A stretch of 55,996 bases of DNA from Eubacteriales bacterium (GTDB lineage: Bacteria; Bacillota; Clostridia; Oscillospirales; UMGS1783): NCBI GenBank assembly GCA_045631845.1, contig JAZQVM010000024.1:1-55996 (forward strand), written 5' to 3'. The translations under genes and the position numbers were made by a program. Position 1 is the stretch's first letter. Each line of letters begins with the position of its first letter. The notes beneath the pieces are model-generated. The model was not told where the DNA came from. It ran no database searches and saw only the letters and a list, made by a program, of their open reading frames with translations. Shown here piece by piece: positions 37,667 through 47,488 of the stretch.

Positions 37667-38371
37667 ATGAACCCCATATTTTCAAGGATGGAGCGCATCC
37701 TGCCATCGGAACAATTGGAGAAACTGGGACGAGCCCATGTAGCGGTATTTGGTATCGGCGGCGTGGGCGGGTCGCTGTGCGAGGCTTTGGTGCGAGCGGG
37801 GATCGGGGAGATCACGCTGGTGGACAAGGACGAGGTGGATGTGACCAACATCAACCGTCAGATTTTGGCTTTGCACAGTACTGTTGGGCGTTCCAAGGTT
37901 GAGGTGATGCGGGAGCGCTTATTGGATATTAACCCGGATTGTATGGTGCATATCCGTCAGGAATTTTTCCTGCCGGAGTGTGCCGATACTTACGATTTTT
38001 CGCAGTATGATTATGTGGCCGATGCGGTGGATACGGTGACGGCCAAATTAGAGATTATTGCCCGTGCCAAGGCGGCCGATGTGCGGGTGATTTGGGCGAG
38101 GGGGGCGGGGAATAAACTGGATGCGGGGGCTTTACAGGTGGCCGACCTGTATCAGACGAGTGTGTGTCCGCTGGCTAAGGTGATGCGTGCCGAGTGCCGC
38201 AAGCGGGGGCTGAAAAACATATCGGTTGTCTATTCGACCGAGCCGCCCTGCCCGATTCGGGATGCGGGTAATGAAAAGCATCCGGCGCCGGGGAGTGTAT
38301 CTTATGTGCCGCCGGTGGCGGGGTATCTGATGGCGGGTAAGATCGTACGGGATCTGCTTGGGATTTCTTGA
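37667..38371 (+). CDS. tcdA: tRNA threonylcarbamoyladenosine dehydratase (ThiF family)
   Basis: VFGIGGVG, TNINRQ, DAVDTVTAK, CPLAKVMR and VVYSTE. Confidence 0.85.
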   Translation: MNPIFSRMERILPSEQLEKLGRAHVAVFGIGGVGGSLCEALVRAGIGEITLVDKDEVDVTNINRQILALHSTVGRSKVEVMRERLLDINPDCMVHIRQEFFLPECADTYDFSQYDYVADAVDTVTAKLEIIARAKAADVRVIWARGAGNKLDAGALQVADLYQTSVCPLAKVMRAECRKRGLKNISVVYSTEPPCPIRDAGNEKHPAPGSVSYVPPVAGYLMAGKIVRDLLGIS

Positions 38372-38396
38372 CAGAAGTCCGCTTTCGTGCTATACT
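38368..38396 (+). promoter_or_regulatory. SigA promoter of the oxidoreductase-cyclophilin pair
   Basis: TTGACA (38368-38373), 17 nt, TATACT (38391-38396) with extended TG. Confidence 0.7.
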
Positions 38397-38426
38397 AAAT
38401 AGGATTTCAAACAAGAGGAAGAACTC

Positions 38427-39479
38427 ATGAAATATGCATTGATCGGATGCGGCCGCATATCACAAAATCATATTCGGGCGGCTATGGAAAACGGCTTGGA
38501 GATTGTAGCGTTATGCGATCTGGATGCCGATAAATTGAAAGAGACGGCAGAACAGTTATCAGATACGGTAGTATGTTATACCGATTATCGGCAACTGTTG
38601 GCTGAGAGTGATGCGCAGATCCTTGCCATTGCGACCGATAGCGGCACCCATGCCGAACTGGCTTTGGCGGCTATTGCGGCGGGCAAGCATGTTCTAATCG
38701 AAAAGCCGATTGCGTTGAGTATGGCCGATGCCCGCCGGATTTGTAAGGCGGCACAGGAGAGCCATGTGACGGTAGGGGTATGCCATCAAAACCGATTTAA
38801 TCTGGCGGTGGTGCAGTTGCGGCAGGCGTTGGAGAATGGTCGGTTTGGGAAATTATCGCACGGGGCGGTCACAGTGCGTTGGAATCGCAGTGAGGCCTAT
38901 TACGATCAGGCCGCCTGGCGAGGGACTTGGTCGCAGGACGGCGGTACGCTGATGAACCAGTGTATTCACGGCATCGATTTGCTTCGCTGGATGATGGGTG
39001 ATGAGATCACCGAGGTTTGTGGCATGACGGCACGGCGGTTGCATGAGCACACCGAGTGTGAGGATATCGGTACGGCGGTGGTTCGGTTCCGTAACGGAGC
39101 GCTGGGAACGGTAGAGGGTACGGCCAACGTCTATCCTCGGGACATGGAAGAAACGCTGAGCATTTTCGGTGAGAGCGGAACGGTCACGTTGGGCGGCGGT
39201 TCGGTCAACCGTGTAGAGCATTGGTTGTTTGCGGATAAAAATGAGGATATGACGGCCTTTAATGAGCATCCCGATAACATATACGGAAGCGGGCATGCTC
39301 GATTGTACGGCGATTTTCTGGATGCGATTGCCGAGGGCAGAGAGCCGTTGGTGGATACATATGCCGGTATGGCGGCGCTGGAGTTGGTGCTGGCCATTTA
39401 TAAGAGCCAAAAAGAGGGACGCATTGTGCGGTTGCCCCTTGAAGATTTTGATTGTAAAGATATGGAGGAAGAACAATGA
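38427..39479 (+). CDS. Gfo/Idh/MocA family oxidoreductase (WlbA/WbpB-like)
   Basis: ALIGCGRI, HVLIEKP, HQNRFN and WRGTW..DGGTLMNQCIHGID. Confidence 0.88.
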   Translation: MKYALIGCGRISQNHIRAAMENGLEIVALCDLDADKLKETAEQLSDTVVCYTDYRQLLAESDAQILAIATDSGTHAELALAAIAAGKHVLIEKPIALSMADARRICKAAQESHVTVGVCHQNRFNLAVVQLRQALENGRFGKLSHGAVTVRWNRSEAYYDQAAWRGTWSQDGGTLMNQCIHGIDLLRWMMGDEITEVCGMTARRLHEHTECEDIGTAVVRFRNGALGTVEGTANVYPRDMEETLSIFGESGTVTLGGGSVNRVEHWLFADKNEDMTAFNEHPDNIYGSGHARLYGDFLDAIAEGREPLVDTYAGMAALELVLAIYKSQKEGRIVRLPLEDFDCKDMEEEQ

Positions 39480-39946
39480 TTCGCATCGAAATGGAAAACG
39501 GCGGCATCATCAAGTTGGAACTGGATGCCAAGGCGGCGCCGATTACGGTGGCCAATTTTGAGAAGTTGGTTATGGAAGGGTTTTATGATGGGTTAATCTT
39601 CCATCGTGTGATCTCGGGCTTTATGATTCAGGGCGGCGATCCGATGGGAACGGGCTTTGGCGGAAGCAAGGAGACCATTAAGGGAGAGTTTCGTGCCAAC
39701 GGTGTAGACAATCCCATCTCGCACAAGCGTGGTGTCATTTCGATGGCTCGTTCGCAGATGCCTAACAGTGCCTCGTCCCAGTTCTTTATCATGCATCAGG
39801 ATGGCGAGTTCTTGGATGGTAACTATGCGGCTTTCGGCCATGTGGTTGAGGGCATTGAAGTGGTGGACGAGATCGCTTCGGTGGCTACCGATCCGAGAGA
39901 TAAACCGCTCAGTGATGTGGTAATTAAGTCGATTACGATGGAATAA
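39476..39946 (+). CDS. Cyclophilin-type peptidyl-prolyl cis-trans isomerase
   Basis: FHRVISGFMIQGGDP, SMAR, SASSQFFI and YAAFG. Confidence 0.95.
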   Translation: MIRIEMENGGIIKLELDAKAAPITVANFEKLVMEGFYDGLIFHRVISGFMIQGGDPMGTGFGGSKETIKGEFRANGVDNPISHKRGVISMARSQMPNSASSQFFIMHQDGEFLDGNYAAFGHVVEGIEVVDEIASVATDPRDKPLSDVVIKSITME

Positions 39947-39987
39947 AAAAGAAGACCATTTCCTTTATGGGGAAATGGTCTTTTTTT
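39946..39987. terminator. Bidirectional terminator
   Basis: AAGACCATTTCC-TTTATGG-GGAAATGGTCTT with flanking A/T tracts. Confidence 0.7.
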
Positions 39988-39988
39988 G

Positions 39989-40426
39989 TTATGCTTGGGG
40001 GATGGTTAAGCCTTCGGGAATGGTGTCCTCGGTGTTGTCGGCCCAGGTGATGACGGCTTTGCCGTTGCCCTGCCAGACGCCCGATTCCACTGCGCCGAGC
40101 AAAACGCCGTCGATATAGCCGCTGCCGCCGCTGCCGCTACCGATACCGGGGTTCTGGCTGCCACTAAATCCGCTGTACCAGCCGCCACCGCCGCCGGCCT
40201 GAGCGCCCCACACTTCCAACAGGTAGTAGTCGGAGGATTCGGGGGTAAATTCAGGGATGCCCAATTCGTCGTCATAGGCAAATTCATAGGTGGTTTGGAC
40301 GGGAGCCGGATCGGGCATGTAGGGTGCCGGCTCGGGCTCGGACGAGGATGTGGGTGCGGTGCCGCAACCGACAGCGGTAAGTAAAAGCATGAGGGCCATT
40401 ACGGCAGATAACATTTTTCTTTTCAT
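39989..40426 (-). CDS. Lipoprotein with a shortened glycine-rich domain
   Basis: Lipobox AVGC, Pro-rich linker, LEVWGAQ / GGGGGWY / GGSGY / GNGKAVIT motifs. Confidence 0.7.
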   Translation of the reverse strand: MKRKMLSAVMALMLLLTAVGCGTAPTSSSEPEPAPYMPDPAPVQTTYEFAYDDELGIPEFTPESSDYYLLEVWGAQAGGGGGWYSGFSGSQNPGIGSGSGGSGYIDGVLLGAVESGVWQGNGKAVITWADNTEDTIPEGLTIPQA

Positions 40427-40554
40427 AATAATCTCCTAATCACAGTGTAGAAATATTATACAGGAAAGGGGCGGTTGAGTTAAGCGAATGAGCAATTTCT
40501 ATTGAATTAAAATGTTTGGTATGGTACAATAGATATAAGAAGGGGGAGATGATT

Positions 40555-41064
40555 ATGAAGTATTGTTCCAATTGCGGTACGGCTTTGACGGATGCGGCGC
40601 AATTCTGTTCCGGATGCGGTGCGGCTACGGGGAATATAGAGGCCGAGAAGAGAGAATGCATTGAGGATTTCCGCAAGTTTCTCAAATGGGAACGGTTTGG
40701 CTGGCGGTTATTTGGGATTATCTTCCTTGTGTGCAGTCTGATCATCCTTACCTGTGCGCTAGCCATTATTATTGCCGGTGGCATGACGGGATACAGTTAC
40801 CGATTAGACATGGCGGTAGTGGGTATTATGTATGGGTGTATGGGGTTGTTATATCTGCCGATTGCGATTGTTAACTTGGTGATGGCCAAGAAGGCGGGCG
40901 AGTGCCGTGAGGATTTGGATCGTGATCCCAAGCGGGTGATTGGGCGTTGCGAATCGGTTGGTTTGATTGTGTTGGCGGCCATTTTTAATAACTTGGCATT
41001 GGTATTTATTATTATTAATTTTGTGAGAGCCAAGACCTGCAAGCATATTATTGATAAAATGTAA
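40555..41064 (+). CDS. Zinc-ribbon domain membrane protein
   Basis: MKYCSNCG...FCSGCG followed by three hydrophobic segments. Confidence 0.8.
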   Translation: MKYCSNCGTALTDAAQFCSGCGAATGNIEAEKRECIEDFRKFLKWERFGWRLFGIIFLVCSLIILTCALAIIIAGGMTGYSYRLDMAVVGIMYGCMGLLYLPIAIVNLVMAKKAGECREDLDRDPKRVIGRCESVGLIVLAAIFNNLALVFIIINFVRAKTCKHIIDKM

Positions 41065-41153
41065 AAAAATACGAAAAACCACTTGTAAAATTTTGAAAAT
41101 CATATATAATATGATGTTGGAAAAGAAAATATTTATATTCGGAGGATTTTCAC

Positions 41154-42170
41154 ATGTCTGTAAAAGTTGCGATTAACGGATTTGGTCGTATCGGCCGTCT
41201 GGCTTTCCGTCAGATGTTCGGTGCCGAGGGTTATGAAATCGTTGCCATCAACGATCTGACCAACCCCAAGATGTTGGCTCATCTGCTCAAGTATGATTCG
41301 GCTCAGGGCCGCTATGCTCTGGCTGATACGGTTGTTGCCGGTGAGGATAGCATCACGGTTGACGGTAAGACCATCAAGATTTATGCGGAGAAGGATGCCG
41401 CTAACTGCCCTTGGGGTGAGCTGGGTGTTGATGTTGTTCTCGAGTGCACCGGTTTCTACTGCTCTAAGGAGAAGTCCATGGCTCACATCAATGCTGGCGC
41501 TAAGAAGGTTGTTATTTCCGCTCCTGCCGGTAAGGATCTGAAGACCATCGTATTCAGCGTTAACGAGGATACTCTGACTGCTGACGATCAGATCATCTCT
41601 GCTGCTTCCTGCACCACCAACTGCTTGGCTCCTATGGCCAACGCTCTCAATAACTATGCTCCTATTCAGAGCGGTATCATGACCACCGTTCATGCTTACA
41701 CCGGCGACCAGATGATTCTGGACGGTCCCCACAGAAAGGGCGACCTGCGCCGTGCCCGTGCCGCTGCTCAGAACATCGTTCCCAACTCTACCGGTGCTGC
41801 TAAGGCTATCGGTCTGGTTATTCCTGAACTGGATGGCAAGCTCATCGGAGCTGCTCAGCGTGTTCCGACCTGCACCGGTTCTACCACTATTCTGATTGCT
41901 GTAGTTAAGGGTAAGGATGTTACCGTTGACGGCATCAATGCTGCTATGAAGGCTGCTGCCAGCGCTTCTTTCGGTTACAACACCGACGAGATTGTTTCTT
42001 CTGACGTTATCGGCATGCGCTTCGGCTCGCTGTTCGATGCTACTCAGACTATGGTTTCCAAGATCGACGAGGACACCTATCAGGTTCAGGTCGTTTCCTG
42101 GTATGACAACGAGAACAGCTACACCAGCCAGATGGTTCGCACCATTAAGTATTTCGCTGAACTCAACTAA
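41154..42170 (+). CDS. gap: Glyceraldehyde-3-phosphate dehydrogenase type I
   Basis: [33 protein letters not shown] and SWYDNE; strongly biased codon usage. Confidence 0.98.
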   Translation: MSVKVAINGFGRIGRLAFRQMFGAEGYEIVAINDLTNPKMLAHLLKYDSAQGRYALADTVVAGEDSITVDGKTIKIYAEKDAANCPWGELGVDVVLECTGFYCSKEKSMAHINAGAKKVVISAPAGKDLKTIVFSVNEDTLTADDQIISAASCTTNCLAPMANALNNYAPIQSGIMTTVHAYTGDQMILDGPHRKGDLRRARAAAQNIVPNSTGAAKAIGLVIPELDGKLIGAAQRVPTCTGSTTILIAVVKGKDVTVDGINAAMKAAASASFGYNTDEIVSSDVIGMRFGSLFDATQTMVSKIDEDTYQVQVVSWYDNENSYTSQMVRTIKYFAELN

Positions 42171-42179
42171 GAGAATAAA

Positions 42180-42212
42180 AAAGGCGGCAGAGTTGAAAGA
42201 CTCTGCCGTTTT
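42180..42212 (+). terminator. Terminator of gap
   Basis: GCGGCAGAGT-TGAAAG-ACTCTGCCGT followed by a T tract. Confidence 0.75.
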
Positions 42213-42247
42213 TAATTTTGAGAATAAAAAAGAACACCTAGGCTTGG

Positions 42248-42450
42248 TGAAGTGATATAGTGATGGTAGAAACAAAAGGCGTCTACCATCACTTTTTTAT
42301 GAGGGAATAAAAAAGGAGTTGAGAGAGATGGGAAGGCCCAAAGATGCAACAAACATAAATCAATACGGTTGGTCTATGTCAGATGTTTCCGTGTGCAAAT
42401 TCATGAAGCGATTAGGACTTACGGCTGATAATCTACACCTTCGGTGTTGA
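42248..42450 (+). mobile_element. Probable internally deleted IS3-family remnant
   Basis: TG-initiated end, hairpin AGTGATGGTAGA/TCTACCATCACT, RBS and 40-aa ORF 42328-42450 MGRPKDATN-INQYGWSMSDVSVCKFMKRLGL resembling an OrfA start fused to an OrfB HTH segment. Confidence 0.45.
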
Positions 42451-42596
42451 GATACGCGCTATCACATGGTGGTATACCATGGCTTTGAAATGGATAAAAA
42501 ATCCAAGTCACAAGACTTGGATTTTTTGTCTATGGGCTACAAAAAAGATATCATTTGCAGTTTTGCGTATGAATTCGAACTCTCGCAATATGATGT

Positions 42597-42820
42597 TTAT
42601 TCTTCTTCAACACCATCATCAAAGACAGCTTCAAATTCTTCGTCACCGCGTCCGTCTACGTTGAAACTGCTACACGAATATTACCGTCATTGTAAGGACT
42701 ATCATTGTATTTGTCATTGATATGATTTCCAAAAGATTCTATTATTGCTTCTACCTCGAGCCAGTTGACAACTTTTTTTGAAAGCAAATGGGATAATCGT
42801 TGATATTTTTCTATCACCAT
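42597..42820 (-). pseudogene. Gene remnant (54-aa start plus out-of-frame acidic C-terminus)
   Basis: RBS GAAAGAGGTG with MVIEKYQRL... stopping at 42656; another frame ends ...FNVDGRGDEEFEAVFDDGVEEE* at 42597. Confidence 0.4.
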
Positions 42821-42913
42821 ATAAGCACCTCTTTCATCTGTTTGATTTAATTATAGCAGACCTTATGTCCAATAAAAAGGACTTTGTAAAAGAAAACAAC
42901 CGCAATCCTAAGA

Positions 42914-43129
42914 TTAACCTTCTTTATCGATCACACGCTTAATACGCTCGTACGTAACCTCACGGCAGATATTGTTTTCGTTGTTGGTGCAGAGGATAAA
43001 TCTGCGGTTGCCGCCGTCCTCAGCGTTAGCTTTCATAACAGCATGTCCCGTTGTTCCACTACCTGCAAAGAAATCAAGAATAAAAGGTGTTTCAGAAAAA
43101 TCCATGAAGTCTGCCACCATCCGAACCAA
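42914..43129 (-). pseudogene. Fragment of a type III R-M (Mod-like) adenine DNA methyltransferase
   Basis: [15 protein letters not shown]...[10 protein letters not shown] motif I region only; the DPPY half is missing. Confidence 0.8.
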
Positions 43130-44639
43130 GGATGCTACTGAGCAGGGTATAAACGGTAATGCGGACAGCGCCCAGGAATACGGAGCTAACCATTTAGAAT
43201 CTGCTGTGGAAACTGCGGGTTCTGAGGTAGTTCGTCAATTTGATAAACAAGGTAAAAACGGGATACGTAACGTTAAGGACAACATTGAAAAGGCTAAGAA
43301 GAACTATAATAAACTTAAAGATATTATAAAGAGTAACAAAACGGCGAAGACGACAGGAAAGGCTGCGGCAAAGTCGGCACAGAAGGCTGTGAAAACGGCT
43401 CAAGCTACGGGTAAAGTTGCCGTTAAGACTTCACAGACTACGGCAAAAGCAGCAAAAACTGCGGCTGAAACCACGGCAAAAGGAGTAAAAGCGACGGTCA
43501 AGGCTGCAATTGCAGCAGGCAAGGTTGTGGTAAAGGCTATTGTTGCCGCAGTAAAATGGATCATATCAGCAGGGAAGGCGATAGCGGCTGCTATTGCCGC
43601 CGGTGGCTGGATAGCGGTGGTTGTGATTATCGTTATTTGCCTTATTGCTCTTATTGTCGGCTCCTGTTTCGGGATATTCTTTTCAGGAGAGAATACGGGA
43701 GGAAATCACACCATGCAGGCGGTCGTGCATGAAATCAATGAAGAATACCAAACACAGTTTGAAACTATTAAAAGCAGCATGACCTACAGCGTTTTGGAAG
43801 TGTCCGGCTCCCGTGCGGTATGGGAGGAGGTACTGTCGGTATATGCGGTGAAGACCACTACCGATCCGGATGACGCTCAAGATGTTGTCACGATGGATGA
43901 CACCAAAAAGGCAATACTAAGAGATATATTTTGGCAGATGAACACCATATCCTCTCGCTCTGAAGCTAAGACTGAAACTGTCATAACGGAAACCGATGAC
44001 GGTAACGGGAATATTGTGCAGACTGAGGCGACGGTTACACGTTCGTATCTGTATATTACTGTCACCCATAAGACGGCGGAAGAAATGGCGGCGCAGTTTG
44101 GATTTAGTGATGAGCAAAAAAAGCAACTCAATGAGTTGCTTTCGGAGAGTAACAAATCTTTGTGGGCGGCGGTGCTTTATGGCATACGTACAGATAATGT
44201 GCCTATTGTATCGGTTGCGCTTTCCCAAGTCGGTATTACGGGAGGACAACTGTATTGGCGATGGTACGGGTTTGACTCCCACGTTAATTGGTGTGCATGC
44301 TTCGTTTCATGGTGTGCTAACGAGTGCGGGTATATTGATAGTGGTATTATTCCTAAATATGCAGGCTGTGTAAACGGCGTTTCCTGGTTCAAAGACCGTG
44401 GGCAATGGCTTGACGGTGCTATCGAGCCGGTGGCGGGCATGATTATTTTCTTCGATTGGGATGATCCGGATGGTTTGTCGGGATCACAGGATGGACTTTC
44501 CGATCATACGGGTATTGTGCATAAGGTCGAGAATGGAAAGGTTTATACGGTGGAGGGTAATTCTGATAATAGTGTATGCATAAGAGAATACGACATTGGA
44601 TATTATGAGATTCTCGGTTATGGTGTGTCTGCTTATTGA
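43110..44639 (+). pseudogene. 5'-truncated conjugative-element cell-wall hydrolase (CHAP/NlpC-P60 C-terminus)
   Basis: Ala/Lys/Thr-rich region, TM segment, WCACFVSWCA, DHTGIV and VEGN; no RBS or start, 5' end abuts the Mod fragment. Confidence 0.75.
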
Positions 44640-44946
44640 GGTGCATGTATGAACTTGCCATTGGGTCATAACCACGGATTATACCAATGATTATGGCTGT
44701 GTAGTACAGTTGTTTTTTCTCTATTGAACTGGGGATAAGTACGGGTGGGGAGGGGTGTTTGTGGGGCAAGACAACTGGTGAGATTTGTGGAAAAAAGTAT
44801 GCCTGATCAATCGATAGGAAATGATATGGAGAACTTGTAATACAAAAGGAAAACCAGTTTTATACCAGTACCGATTTTATTTTTGAAGATGAATGTTTGC
44901 GTTTTATATATAATCACGTTGCTTTAGGTGGAAGGTGATTGACAAC

Positions 44947-45759
44947 CTAGATTTCATATTCTTTGTAATAATTTTTAACATATTCCCGTGGGGTTTGATT
45001 CATCTTCCTTTTGAACACATAATTAAAATAACTTTGTGAAGAAAAGCCGCAATCAAAAGCAATTTTTGTTAAGGAATCGTTTGTGGCTTGCAGCAGGGTT
45101 AGAGCTTTTTTTATGCGTTGATCTTCAATATAGGCATGCAAGGTTTTGCCTGTTGTGGCTTTAAATTTTTTGTGAAAATATGCGGGACTTAATAAAAAAT
45201 GATTGGCGAGAGTATCCAACTGCAGATCTTCGCTTAAATGATCCTTGATGTACTTTAACGTGGTTTCTATCCAATGAATATCATTTGACGATTTGGGGGT
45301 TGTATATTTAATGGCAGACTCGTTGCTGATCGTGTAAATCAATTCTAAAATAAGGCTTTGTATAATGATTTCTTCATTTCGGTTCTTTGAATCAAGGTTG
45401 TTATGCCGAATCATTCTGTTAAAAATTCTGGCATAACGATCGTGTTTATTAGTTGGGATAAAGTCAGGAGCGTTATATAGAATATCAAAAAGCGGACCGG
45501 GCTCGAGTGTCATATGAATATAATAGCATTTAAAAGGAAATCGAGTGTGTCTTATTTGATTTGGCTTAACGCAAATAATGGAATCGGGACGAATCGGATA
45601 TTCTTTATCGTTGATGTAGGAGATACCCCCTTTTTCGATGGGAATCTCAATTTCAAATCGATTCGTTTTTCTTTCTGCGGAAGTGGTGGAAACGTTAATA
45701 TATTTTTTACTGATTTTTGAGTCAAAAATTCCAATGGCTACAATATTTGGTAAAATCAT
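44947..45759 (-). CDS. AraC family transcriptional regulator
   Basis: Cupin-like N-terminus; LSPAYFHKKFK..TG and IAFDCGFSSQSYFNYVFK...TPREY. Confidence 0.93.
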   Translation of the reverse strand: MILPNIVAIGIFDSKISKKYINVSTTSAERKTNRFEIEIPIEKGGISYINDKEYPIRPDSIICVKPNQIRHTRFPFKCYYIHMTLEPGPLFDILYNAPDFIPTNKHDRYARIFNRMIRHNNLDSKNRNEEIIIQSLILELIYTISNESAIKYTTPKSSNDIHWIETTLKYIKDHLSEDLQLDTLANHFLLSPAYFHKKFKATTGKTLHAYIEDQRIKKALTLLQATNDSLTKIAFDCGFSSQSYFNYVFKRKMNQTPREYVKNYYKEYEI

Positions 45760-45920
45760 GGTTGTGCCTCCTTTAAAAGGATAATATTTCTAAAAAAAAT
45801 AACAAGATTTTTATATATTTCAGCCAAGAAATATAATACAATAAAAAAGAAAAGTTGTCAATGAAGAACTGCCGGGGAAGTAATTTCTTCGTGAAAATAC
45901 TTGGTATAGGGAGAGTTAGG

Positions 45921-46553
45921 GTGTTTGTATCTGAATTGTACAATGAAAACGGAAAAAGATTGTCGTACATAATTGATTATCCTGAAAATTTTGATAAAAA
46001 CAAAAAATATCCTCTTATATTCTACTTTCACGGCATGGGCATGGTACGTAACGGAATTCAAAAAGTAATCGATTGCGTTCCGGTTCGGCGTGAGCGTATG
46101 CCGGAGGATATGCCGTTTATTATTGTGGCGCCATATTGTGAGGCGTTCACGTGGATTGAATGCTTTGAAACCTTAACCGCCTTTACTGACTATATAATTG
46201 CGCAAGAGTATGTAGATGAAAATAAGGTATATATAACCGGTTCCAGTATGGGAGGTTATTCTTGTTGGGCGCAAGCGGTTATGTACCCCGAAAAATTTGC
46301 GGCGGCGATTATTTGTTGTGGTGCAGGTATGTACTTTACTGCTGCGGCAGCCAGAATCAAATTTCCCGTATGGGCGTTTCACGGAAAATTAGATGAAACC
46401 GTGTTGCCAAGGGAAAGTGAAATTATGGTCGAAAGAATCAATAAATGCGGCGGTAATGCCAAATTAACACTGGTCGAGAATCGTGGTCACGACGTATGGA
46501 ATGATGCCTTCCAATCCGAAGAGGTGTATCGGTGGCTTTGGGCGGTGCGTTGA
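45921..46553 (+). CDS. Alpha/beta hydrolase (esterase / COG4099-like), cytoplasmic
   Basis: YPLIFYFHG, GSSMGG nucleophile, HGKLD and GHDVW triad; GTG start with GGAG RBS. Confidence 0.85.
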   Translation: MFVSELYNENGKRLSYIIDYPENFDKNKKYPLIFYFHGMGMVRNGIQKVIDCVPVRRERMPEDMPFIIVAPYCEAFTWIECFETLTAFTDYIIAQEYVDENKVYITGSSMGGYSCWAQAVMYPEKFAAAIICCGAGMYFTAAAARIKFPVWAFHGKLDETVLPRESEIMVERINKCGGNAKLTLVENRGHDVWNDAFQSEEVYRWLWAVR

Positions 46554-46602
46554 TAGATAGCTGATCTGCGAAAATTGCAATTTAATTTTAAGGAGATATA
46601 TT

Positions 46603-47418
46603 ATGAACAAGTTCGAAATTAAGAATCATGAGCCGAGTTGGTTGCCCGAAGGAGATTGGAAGCTTGCCTGGGCTGATGAATTTGACGGAACTGAGCTGGA
46701 CCGCACAACGTGGGATTATCGCCTGTGTATGACCGGTAAGCGCTGGCCGTCTTGGACGGATAAGGGTGTACATTTGGACGGAAACAGTAACGTCGTGTTC
46801 ACGTTAATCGAAGAGGACGGCATGCCGGTATGCTCGCAGCTGCAAACCGGTCAGAATTATATGGATGAGCCGGTTCAGGCGGCTGATTTCTGCGGCCACA
46901 AATTTGACTGGAAAATCGGTAAGTTACGTGAAAACAGATATCTTCACGGTTATGGTTATTATGAATGCCGTTGCCGTTTGCAGCAAAAGCCGGGCTGGTG
47001 GTCTGCCTTTTGGATTCAGTCTCCGATTATCGGTTCAAGCCTTGATCCTAAGGAAAGCGGCGTAGAAATTGATATTATGGAGAGTTTTACGCCCGGAAAT
47101 ATTGCCGGTCATAACGTGTTTACCGGTGGCTATGGCGTAGATAACAAAAGAAGAAAAGTCGGCGGCTTGGATCAGATCAATAAGGAAGAATTCCATCGCT
47201 TTGGTCTTTTGTGGGATGAAACCGGCTATACCTTCTATGTTGATGGCGTAGAAAATGGTAAAATTACCGACTTTATCACGGATAAACCCGAGTTTCTTTT
47301 GCTCTCGACAGAGGTTCGGGGCTACAGACAGAACGATAAGCCCGTTGAGGAAGCCTTTGATGCAATAGGCGATACCTTTGTCGTGGATTACATCCGAGTA
47401 TTTGATAAGGTGAAATAA
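46603..47418 (+). CDS. Glycoside hydrolase family 16 protein, no signal peptide
   Basis: WADEFDG, YGYYE, WSAFW, EIDIME catalytic motif, FHRFGLLW and VDYIRVF. Confidence 0.9.
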   Translation: MNKFEIKNHEPSWLPEGDWKLAWADEFDGTELDRTTWDYRLCMTGKRWPSWTDKGVHLDGNSNVVFTLIEEDGMPVCSQLQTGQNYMDEPVQAADFCGHKFDWKIGKLRENRYLHGYGYYECRCRLQQKPGWWSAFWIQSPIIGSSLDPKESGVEIDIMESFTPGNIAGHNVFTGGYGVDNKRRKVGGLDQINKEEFHRFGLLWDETGYTFYVDGVENGKITDFITDKPEFLLLSTEVRGYRQNDKPVEEAFDAIGDTFVVDYIRVFDKVK

Positions 47419-47488
47419 TTTACAGGCATGTGTAATTGTGCCGTGTGAAAAATTTTTACCCATGATATAACAGAAAGGCGGAAGAACG

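Noticed and set aside
38085-38115. TcdA segment VIWARGAGNK deviating from the usual ISSMGAGNK
   Set aside because: Frame intact and the G-rich stretch could be simple drift or a base-calling issue; cannot evaluate.
41083-41100. Possible Rex box in the gap promoter
   Set aside because: Four mismatches to TTGTTAA-N4-TTAACAA in an AT-rich context.
41133-42275. 380-aa antisense ORF over gap
   Set aside because: Typical antisense shadow of a highly expressed gene.
42972-43109. 5' part of the 555-aa ORF
   Set aside because: It is the antisense of the methyltransferase fragment, fortuitously in frame with the CHAP remnant.
43340-43600. Repetitive Ala/Lys/Thr coding stretch as a tandem repeat or array
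   Set aside because: Low-complexity protein region typical of ICE cell-wall hydrolases, with no exact DNA periodicity.
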